The notes under the pieces were generated by a model. The model searched no databases, was not told the origin of the DNA, and saw nothing but the letters and a program-made list of their open reading frames with translations. This document shows, in pieces, positions 28,195 to 35,655 of a DNA stretch of 64,000 nt. Origin of the DNA: a virus; the IMG/VR virus record IMGVR_UViG_3300021425_004462, positions 1-64,000 of that record; one strand, given 5' to 3'. Numbering within the stretch: the first letter of the stretch is position 1; every line of letters starts with the position of its first letter. The position numbers were made by a program, and so were the translations under genes.

Positions 28195-28948
28195 TTTTTT
28201 CCTTCCAACTTTCGAAGCAAAATTCATTGCTACCAAAGTGGTCTAAGTTTGGTTTTGATAATGTTTTATTGCCGAAAGTACGGCCTGTAATGCACTTGTA
28301 GGTTTGTAGCGCCTGCACATCTTTTTTCTTATTATAATAAATACTCTTCGTTTGTTGTAATGTCAGATTATTTTTATTTGCATATTCTTCAACCTTACTT
28401 GCTACGAAGTTGTCAAAAGGTAATGAATTATTTTCTATAAAAAGCGTTGGCTTGCAAAAATCAAAATTTGGGGTGCAATTGCAAAATTTAATTAAATTAT
28501 TAAATATAAAGGAATCATAAAACGGAATTGCCATTAATAGATCTTTATTGTTCCAGAATCTTTTAAGTGTTTTTCTGTCTACGCAGTTATAGTTTTCTGT
28601 ATAAGCTGCGCTAGAAATATTATTTAATAATTTACATCCTTTTGAGTTTTTTGCGAAAATAATAATTTTGTGAGAGCATTGTTGATTTTCTTCTTTGGGG
28701 TTAACTTTCGCATCTTCCTTCATATCAATCCTTAATCCAAAAATTAATTTCAATCCAAGATTATCCGCTTGCTTTTTGGCTTGCAGGAATCCTGTTAAAG
28801 AATCTTCTACAAGAACTACTTCTTTTAAATTATTTTCTTTGGCAATTGTAAAAACACTATCTGACTTCCCTTCTTTATGTGTAATTGGATCTTCAAGCGT
28901 TAATATACTTTTGCCAATAGAAAAGTGGCTTTTGAATAATGGTATCAT
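28175..28948 (-). CDS. Stand-alone PHP-like domain matching the DnaE N-terminus
   Basis: KSHFSIGKSIL...LVEDSLTGF...IFG...IIIFAKNSKGCKLL parallels the DnaE PHP pattern; start MIPLF at 28948. Confidence 0.8.
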   Translation of the reverse strand: MIPLFKSHFSIGKSILTLEDPITHKEGKSDSVFTIAKENNLKEVVLVEDSLTGFLQAKKQADNLGLKLIFGLRIDMKEDAKVNPKEENQQCSHKIIIFAKNSKGCKLLNNISSAAYTENYNCVDRKTLKRFWNNKDLLMAIPFYDSFIFNNLIKFCNCTPNFDFCKPTLFIENNSLPFDNFVASKVEEYANKNNLTLQQTKSIYYNKKKDVQALQTYKCITGRTFGNKTLSKPNLDHFGSNEFCFESWKEKNERITA

Positions 28949-28955
28949 GCTATCT

Positions 28956-28984
28956 ATTCTATAATAAATACAGTTCAATGTCAA
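28956..28984 (-). promoter_or_regulatory. sigma70-type promoter, predicted leaderless
   Basis: TTGACA-N17-TAGAAT, 7 nt before ATG 28948. Confidence 0.8.
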
Positions 28985-29017
28985 GAAAGAAAAGTTGTTA
29001 ACAGCTGTATATTCCTA

Positions 29018-29046
29018 TTGACAATTACCCCCTCAAATGTTAATAT
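29018..29046 (+). promoter_or_regulatory. sigma70-type promoter for nrdA
   Basis: TTGACA-N17-TAATAT, divergent from the polymerase promoter. Confidence 0.7.
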
Positions 29047-29058
29047 TTTAAACACAAT

Positions 29059-31494
29059 ATGGATATAAAAGTAAAAAAACGAAACGGACGTCTTCAAGAC
29101 TTTAATGTCGAGAAAATTAATGCCAATGTTGAACGCGCATGTGATGATATCGCTGATGTGTCAGTAAGTGAAATCGTGTTAGATGCTCAGCTTCAACTAT
29201 ATGACAAAATAACGACTAAGGAGATTGACACAGCTCTTATATTAAGTGCTCGAGAAAAAATAGAAAAGGAGCCTAACTATAGTTATGCTGCAGCTAGACT
29301 GTTATTGAATACAGTTTATAAAGAAGTTTTTAAAGAAGGTGTTGATAGCGACGCATTTGAACTTCAATACAGAAAGAGCTTTATTCAAGGAATAAAAAAG
29401 CTTGTCAAAAGCGGTAAGCTTAATAGTAGAATGTTGGAGTATGATTTAGGGAAGCTTTCTGAGGCTATTCGTATTCGTAGAGATAACTCTTTTAAATACT
29501 TAGGTATACAAATTTTAACAGATAGATATTTTATCAGAGAAGATGGTAAAATTATGGAGGCTCCTCAATCTTTTTGGATGAGGGTAGCTATGGGCCTAGC
29601 CTTAAACGAAGAAGATAAAGAGGATTGGGCTATTAAATATTATGATATGTTTAGTCAATTCTTGTATACTTCTTCTACTCCAACTCTTTTTAATAGTGGA
29701 ACAGTGAGATCTCAGTTGAGTTCTTGTTATTTAAATACTTTTGATGATAGTATTGATGGTATTTTTGACGGAGCTTGGCAGGAAGCGCGTAAAAGTAAAT
29801 ACGCTGGAGGTCTAGGTCTTGACGTAACCCCTTTTAGATCAACAGGTTCGCACATTAAGGGCACTAATGGGATTTCTAGCGGACTTGTTCCTTGGCTTAA
29901 AATTTATAACGACCTTCTTGTGGCAGTAAATCAAGGAGGTAAAAGACCTGGGGCTGGATGCGCTTACTTAGAGCCTTGGCATTTGGATTTTGAGGACTTT
30001 TTAAATTTAAGAAGAAACACTGGAGATGACCGATTAAGGTGTCATGATATGAATACCGCTTCTTGGATTCCTGATGAATTTATGAGAAGAGTTCAAAACG
30101 AAGATGCTTGGTACTTTTTTGATCCAAAAGAATCGGGCTTGCATGATTTGTTTGGCGAAGAATTTGATAAAAAGTATAATGAACTATGTAATCAAGCAGA
30201 AGACGGTCTGATTAAAAATTACAGAGTAACTCCAGCTAAGGAGTTATGGAAAAAAATGCTAAAGGTCTTATTTGAAACCTCTCATCCATGGAATACATTC
30301 AAAGATCCATGTAATATTAGATATACAAATCAACATGAAGGGGTTGTTCACAGTAGTAATCTTTGTACAGAAATAACCTTGCACACTAAAGCTTCTCAAT
30401 ACGAAAAAGGCGAAAAAACCAGTATTGGAGAAACTGCGGTCTGTAATCTTGGTTCAGTAAATCTTTTAAATCATTTAAATGATGATAACACCTTAGATTA
30501 TGATAAATTAAAAAATACTATTCACACTGCGATTAGAGCATTAGATAGTGTTGTCGATCTTAATTTTTATCCAACTAAAGAAGCAGAAGCTAGTAATTTG
30601 AAGCATCGTCCTATTGGTTTAGGCATGATGGCTCTTCATGATATTTGTCACAGAATGAATATTAATATTGACAGTGATGAAGCTGTAGAGTTTAATGATA
30701 AATTATTTGAATTTTATTCTTATCATGCAATATATGCTAGTTCATTGTTAGCAAAAGAAAAAGGTAAATACGATACATTTGAGGGGTCTCTCTGGAGCAG
30801 AAATATTCTACCTATTGACTCTAATAATAGATTGATGAACTATCGCACAAAATCTAAAGAATCTGAAAGAGGCGAGGGAGAGAGCATGAAAGATGAATGG
30901 TTAGAGTTAAGGGCTCATATTTCTAAGTTTGGAATGAGAAATAGTAATGTAATGGCAATAGCTCCGACTGCAACTATAGGTTATATAAATGGAGTAGAGC
31001 AAAGTATTGAACCTAACTTTTCCGTATTGTTTGTATACGAAAACAAAAGCGGAAATTTCTTTATTACGAATGAGCACTTTATTAATGATATGAAAAATGC
31101 TGGGTTATGGAATAGCAAAATAGCCAAGCTTGTGAAAAGCGTCGACGGAGACCTGTCTTTGCTCAATGGAGATATTCCGCCTGAATTAAAAAAGAAGTAT
31201 AAAACAGCATTTGATCGAGATATGTTTAAGTTGATTGAATGTAATGCAGCTCGCCAAAAATGGATAGATCAAGCAGTAAGTTTTAATCTTTATAATAAAT
31301 CAACTTCTTTAAAGTATTTAAATGATGTTTATATGTCTTGTTGGGAGGCTGGGTTAAAAACAACTTATTATCTTCGTAATCGCGCTGCATCCAAAGTAGA
31401 GAAAGCTCATAATGATGAAAGTAAAAAACAAGGGCCTTCCGCTTGTAGTATAGAGGCAATGAAAAACGGGGGTGAATGTGAAAGCTGTCAGTAA
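29059..31494 (+). CDS. nrdA: Class I ribonucleotide reductase alpha subunit with ATP cone
   Basis: VKKRNG ATP cone, TPTLFN, SSCYL, NLCTEI, VCNLGS, APTAT, KTTYYLR, C-terminal CESCQ. Confidence 0.96.
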   Translation: MDIKVKKRNGRLQDFNVEKINANVERACDDIADVSVSEIVLDAQLQLYDKITTKEIDTALILSAREKIEKEPNYSYAAARLLLNTVYKEVFKEGVDSDAFELQYRKSFIQGIKKLVKSGKLNSRMLEYDLGKLSEAIRIRRDNSFKYLGIQILTDRYFIREDGKIMEAPQSFWMRVAMGLALNEEDKEDWAIKYYDMFSQFLYTSSTPTLFNSGTVRSQLSSCYLNTFDDSIDGIFDGAWQEARKSKYAGGLGLDVTPFRSTGSHIKGTNGISSGLVPWLKIYNDLLVAVNQGGKRPGAGCAYLEPWHLDFEDFLNLRRNTGDDRLRCHDMNTASWIPDEFMRRVQNEDAWYFFDPKESGLHDLFGEEFDKKYNELCNQAEDGLIKNYRVTPAKELWKKMLKVLFETSHPWNTFKDPCNIRYTNQHEGVVHSSNLCTEITLHTKASQYEKGEKTSIGETAVCNLGSVNLLNHLNDDNTLDYDKLKNTIHTAIRALDSVVDLNFYPTKEAEASNLKHRPIGLGMMALHDICHRMNINIDSDEAVEFNDKLFEFYSYHAIYASSLLAKEKGKYDTFEGSLWSRNILPIDSNNRLMNYRTKSKESERGEGESMKDEWLELRAHISKFGMRNSNVMAIAPTATIGYINGVEQSIEPNFSVLFVYENKSGNFFITNEHFINDMKNAGLWNSKIAKLVKSVDGDLSLLNGDIPPELKKKYKTAFDRDMFKLIECNAARQKWIDQAVSFNLYNKSTSLKYLNDVYMSCWEAGLKTTYYLRNRAASKVEKAHNDESKKQGPSACSIEAMKNGGECESCQ

Positions 31495-31763
31495 TGAACA
31501 GACACAAGCATCTAAAGGCTTTCAAAGAAGCGATTCTTCGTTGTAAATTAATTAGAAAAGACTTAAGGAAGATAAATTCTAATATAGATTCAGTAAATTA
31601 CCGCAAGCAAAGAGATTTCGCTGAAACAGCCTATTTGCAAACACTAGAAGAAATTATCGATCAGGGGAAAAAATATTTAAGCTTAAATGCAGAAGCTGAT
31701 GAATCGATAAGAGTTGCAATTGATATAGAAAAATATCAAAATCTTTTGGATAAATTAATATAA
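31494..31763 (+). CDS. Hypothetical protein
   Basis: 89-aa ORF with TAATG overlap, between nrdA and nrdB. Confidence 0.6.
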   Translation: MNRHKHLKAFKEAILRCKLIRKDLRKINSNIDSVNYRKQRDFAETAYLQTLEEIIDQGKKYLSLNAEADESIRVAIDIEKYQNLLDKLI

Positions 31764-31771
31764 ACTTAATC

Positions 31772-31800
31772 TTGACTTTGATCGTTATTTATTATACAAT
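31772..31800 (+). promoter_or_regulatory. sigma70-type promoter, predicted leaderless
   Basis: TTGACT-N17-TACAAT, 6 nt before ATG 31807. Confidence 0.8.
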
Positions 31801-31806
31801 AAAACT

Positions 31807-32820
31807 ATGAATGATAAAACAGGAGAATTACTAACAGAAAATATAGCGGGGGTAAATAGAATTTTACCACACAAACATAAATATGCATGGGATCTATTTT
31901 TAAAAAGTTGTGCAAATAACTGGATGCCTACTGAAATCAGTATGCAAAATGACATTAAACAATGGAAAAATGATGAAATTACTGAAGACGAAAAATTACT
32001 CGTTAAACGCTGCCTTGGGTTCTTTGCGGGATCTGAGTCTTTGGTTGGTAATAATCTGCTGCTTTCGGCTTTTAGATTTATTACTGATGCTGAATGCCGT
32101 CAGTATATACTTCGTCAAGCTTTTGAGGAAAGCCTTCATAACCTTACGGTAGTTTATATTTGTGATAGCCTAGATCTTAATATAGAAGAAGTTTTCGCTG
32201 CTTATGAAACAATTCCAAGTATTAAAGCTAAAGATGACTTTTTAATGGGCATTACTAATGATATTAGTCGTCAAGATTTTGACGCTCATACTATAGAGGG
32301 CAAGCAAGAAATTTTACGCAATTTTTTGACTTATTGGATTGTTTGCGAAGGAACATTCTTTTTTAGCGGATTTGCAATGTTATTGGCTTTAGGTAGACAA
32401 AACAAACTTCAAGGAATATCTGACCAAATTAAATATACTCTAAGGGACGAAAGTTCTCATATTGCGTTCGGAACTTATTTAATTAACACCTTGATTGATC
32501 AAAATCCAGAAATATGGACAAAAGAAATTCAAAATGAATTTGTGGAGCATATGAAAAAAGCTGTAGAGCTTGAAATAGCTTATGCTCACGATGTTCTTCC
32601 TACAGGAATACTTGGGCTAAATGCAGACATGTTTGTTGACTATATGCACTACATTGGAAATCGTAGATTAGAGGGTATTGGCTTAGACTATCGCTTTCCT
32701 AGCGATAAAAATCCTTTCCCTTGGCTTAGTGAGGTTGTTGATGTTCAAGCAATGGGAAATTTCTTTGAAAGAAGAGTTAGAGAGTATCAACAAAGCGGAT
32801 CTTTAGAAGACGATTTCTAA
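31807..32820 (+). CDS. nrdB: Ribonucleotide reductase beta subunit, class Ic-like (no radical Tyr)
   Basis: GFFAGSESLVGNN, EESLHNLTV, EGTFFFSGF, RDESSH, NFFERRVREY. Confidence 0.93.
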   Translation: MNDKTGELLTENIAGVNRILPHKHKYAWDLFLKSCANNWMPTEISMQNDIKQWKNDEITEDEKLLVKRCLGFFAGSESLVGNNLLLSAFRFITDAECRQYILRQAFEESLHNLTVVYICDSLDLNIEEVFAAYETIPSIKAKDDFLMGITNDISRQDFDAHTIEGKQEILRNFLTYWIVCEGTFFFSGFAMLLALGRQNKLQGISDQIKYTLRDESSHIAFGTYLINTLIDQNPEIWTKEIQNEFVEHMKKAVELEIAYAHDVLPTGILGLNADMFVDYMHYIGNRRLEGIGLDYRFPSDKNPFPWLSEVVDVQAMGNFFERRVREYQQSGSLEDDF

Positions 32821-33885
32821 TAAAGAAGATTCAACTGTTACTCCTGGACCAAAAGTTGCAGAAAAAATATTTTTCTCACCGTTTGAGCGATTTTCCAAAA
32901 TCTCTTTTAGTACAAATAAAATAGTGGGGCTACTCATATTTCCGTATTCTTTAAGAATATTTCTAGAATGTTTTAAATCTGCATCAGGTTTAAATTTTTG
33001 AAACGAATCAAGTATTGCCCTTCCCCCAGGGTGAATTGCCCAACAATCTATAGAGTTCTCTATTTCCAATATATGCTCGAGAGCTTCATTTATATTTTCG
33101 GATATAAAACTTGGAAGATCTGAATTTAAGGTTAAATCAAAACCATTGTCTCCGATTTTCCATGCTAAATTTTTTCCATCATCATTTATGACATGAGAAT
33201 TGAATGATTTAACTTCTAGAAATGGTTGTGTTTTTGTTAATTTTTCATCAGAAGAAACTATGCAGGCCGCACACCCATCAGAGAAAATAGAGTTTCCTAT
33301 AATATAGTTGGGATCATCTGTTAGTTTCATGTGAAGCGTACACATCTCAATGCAAACAACTAAAACCTTAGCATCTTTATTGCTCTTACAAAATTCTGAT
33401 GCGGTTTTTAATGCGGGAAATGCAGCTTGACATCCCATAAATCCAATATTTACCCTTTCTATGTTTTTATTTAAATTAAATTCATTTATTATCTCTATAT
33501 CTAAACCTGGATTATAAAAACCTGTACATGAAACGGTTATAAGGTGGGTAATTTCTTGTAGGTTTATTTTGTTTGAAATTTTTGATATCGCCTTGAAGGC
33601 GAGGGGTCCGCTATTTTTTTTATATATATTATTTCTTTCTGAAGTAGAAGGGTTATGCAAAGTCTTGTTTTCATTTCTATGAAAAAGTTCTGTTTCCGTA
33701 GTTGAAAGCCTTAAGTCTTTTAATACGGAATATCTATTTTTAATACCAGATTTTTTGATTGCTTGTTTAATTAAAAGCTTGTATCTTCTGTCATCTTGAA
33801 ATTCATTGATGAAATTGTAAATTTCTTCTTGACTACCTTTATGTTCAGGGTTTGAGGTTTCTATGCAGTTTATATAAATTCCCAT
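32803..33885 (-). CDS. Type III polyketide synthase (chalcone synthase superfamily)
   Basis: VSCTG, GFMGCQAAF (catalytic Cys), EMCTLH, FSDG, HPGGRAIL (His), GNMSS (Asn), FGPG. Confidence 0.92.
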   Translation of the reverse strand: MGIYINCIETSNPEHKGSQEEIYNFINEFQDDRRYKLLIKQAIKKSGIKNRYSVLKDLRLSTTETELFHRNENKTLHNPSTSERNNIYKKNSGPLAFKAISKISNKINLQEITHLITVSCTGFYNPGLDIEIINEFNLNKNIERVNIGFMGCQAAFPALKTASEFCKSNKDAKVLVVCIEMCTLHMKLTDDPNYIIGNSIFSDGCAACIVSSDEKLTKTQPFLEVKSFNSHVINDDGKNLAWKIGDNGFDLTLNSDLPSFISENINEALEHILEIENSIDCWAIHPGGRAILDSFQKFKPDADLKHSRNILKEYGNMSSPTILFVLKEILENRSNGEKNIFSATFGPGVTVESSLLEIVF

Positions 33886-33922
33886 AAAATATATTATGGA
33901 AATTTAAAATGAATTCAATAAA

Positions 33923-35215
33923 TTACCCTAAAATGTCTAATAGAGGCTCTCCCTTGTGTGCTATAGTAAAAGGTCTTCCTGAGGGAGAGTATTGGTAGTC
34001 ATTTAATGGTAAACCCAAAGTGTGTGCAATTGTCGCATTTAAGTCTTCTGGTTTAATAGGTTTGCCTTCTGTAGGAGTTCGACCCGTTTTGTCGGTCTCT
34101 CCATAAGTCATTCCACCTTTAATTCCTCCTCCTGCTAAAAAAGCTGTAAAGCAATAAGGCCAGTGATCTCTTCCGTCTCTTCCGTTAATATTTGGAGTTC
34201 TTCCGAATTCAGAAGTTAAAACTACCAAGGTATCGGAAAGCATACCTCTTCGATTTAAATCAATTAGCAGACCACTTAATGCGTGATCAATATCGGTGCA
34301 ATTTGCTGCTACTCTGTCAAAGTTATTATCGTGCGTATCCCATCCTCCCCTTGTTACTTCAACATATCTTACGCCATGCTCTACAAGCCTTCTTGCTAAT
34401 AAGCATCCTTTTGCAAAATTAGTTTGCCCATAAAGATTACTTGTTGACTCAGGCTCTTTTGTGATATCAAAAGCGTTTAAATCATTACTGTTCATTAATT
34501 TAATTGCATCTTTATATAAGTCAGAATAAGCTCTTACTTTTTTCTGTGGAAACTGAGTAGAGAAATTTTCATTTAAAGCTTCTGCAATAGATATTCTACT
34601 TTGGAAATGTTCATGATCCAAGTATGAGGCCATTTTACTATTAGCTAATCCTGAGCTTGGATTATTAATTGGCAATGCTCCATATTTAGATTCTAAAAAA
34701 CCAGCGCCGCCTCCGCCGCCACCTATTTTAACATTGCTGGGTATTGTTCTGTTGATTGAGCCAGAAAGTTTAGATACCCAGCTACCAAATGTAGGGTGAA
34801 CAATTGTACCTCTTTTAAGATAGCTTGTGTGCATTAAATAACTGGCTTGCTCATGCGCTCCTTGGCTTGTGTTCATTGTTTTAATTATTGCTGCATGATG
34901 CATAAGCTCGGCAGTTTTTGGCAAGTTTTCAGAAAGAATTACTCCATCTGCGCTTGTTGGTATAGATTTGGTGGGACCTTGAATATCTGGAGCGTCTGGC
35001 TTTGGTCCAAATGTATCAAGGTGAGACATAGCTCCTCCCATATTTAAATAAATTACGTGCCTTGCTGTAGGAACTCTTGCTCCTGGATTTAGCGCACTAA
35101 CACTATTATGTATATATGCTCCTGCCATTGGCATAAGTCCTACCCCAAAACATGCTTTTGCGGCATGAGCTATAAATTCTCTTCTTCCTAGTTCATCTAT
35201 TGTATTAAAGTTCAT
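33923..35215 (-). CDS. DUF1501-family Tat-exported protein
   Basis: RREF twin-arginine signal; GGAMSHLDTF, CLLARRLVEHGVRYVEV, GWDTH, SEFGRTP, GRDHW. Confidence 0.9.
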   Translation of the reverse strand: MNFNTIDELGRREFIAHAAKACFGVGLMPMAGAYIHNSVSALNPGARVPTARHVIYLNMGGAMSHLDTFGPKPDAPDIQGPTKSIPTSADGVILSENLPKTAELMHHAAIIKTMNTSQGAHEQASYLMHTSYLKRGTIVHPTFGSWVSKLSGSINRTIPSNVKIGGGGGGAGFLESKYGALPINNPSSGLANSKMASYLDHEHFQSRISIAEALNENFSTQFPQKKVRAYSDLYKDAIKLMNSNDLNAFDITKEPESTSNLYGQTNFAKGCLLARRLVEHGVRYVEVTRGGWDTHDNNFDRVAANCTDIDHALSGLLIDLNRRGMLSDTLVVLTSEFGRTPNINGRDGRDHWPYCFTAFLAGGGIKGGMTYGETDKTGRTPTEGKPIKPEDLNATIAHTLGLPLNDYQYSPSGRPFTIAHKGEPLLDILG

Positions 35216-35225
35216 AATAGATTAT

Positions 35226-35259
35226 TACACAATTTTGAGAAAAGTCAACACAAAGTGTA
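35226..35259. promoter_or_regulatory. Back-to-back divergent GTGTA elements (plus a minus-strand TTGACT at 35243-35248)
   Basis: Minus site 35226-35230 is 10 nt before ATG 35215; plus site 35255-35259 is 9 nt before GTG 35269. Confidence 0.7.
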
Positions 35260-35268
35260 TGATATATT

Positions 35269-35655
35269 GTGCAGTTTTTATTACTTATCTTCTTAACTTG
35301 CAGTATTTTATGCGCTAAATTACAGATTAAAGATTATTTGGATGATTGCGATTGGTGCAAGAATCAGCTTAAAAGCACTCAACCTTTAGATATTGGTGAA
35401 TGGAGTATGAGATGCCAAAAAAAGCCGAAACCAATATGGTTTAATTATAGAAATATAGGCAGAGTCTATGGAACTTATAAAGAAAAAACTTCTATGTGTT
35501 GGATTTATTCTGAGAAATTAGGCTGGATATATAACACTCCTCAATACAAAGATTATATTTATACTCACAAACTTGGATGGATATATATAAAAGATGGTAA
35601 GGTTTATGTTTTTAAAAAGAAAAAGTGGGATTATTTTACAAATATAAATTCATGA
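35269..35655 (+). CDS. Small secreted Trp/Tyr-rich protein with CxxC
   Basis: Signal peptide; CDWC; two IYxxKLGWIY repeats. Confidence 0.65.
   Translation: MQFLLLIFLTCSILCAKLQIKDYLDDCDWCKNQLKSTQPLDIGEWSMRCQKKPKPIWFNYRNIGRVYGTYKEKTSMCWIYSEKLGWIYNTPQYKDYIYTHKLGWIYIKDGKVYVFKKKKWDYFTNINS

Noticed and set aside
24992-28948. Split-intein DnaE as in cyanobacteria
   Set aside because: No intein N-terminal or C-terminal His-Asn splice motifs seen at the fragment ends, and the split is at the PHP boundary
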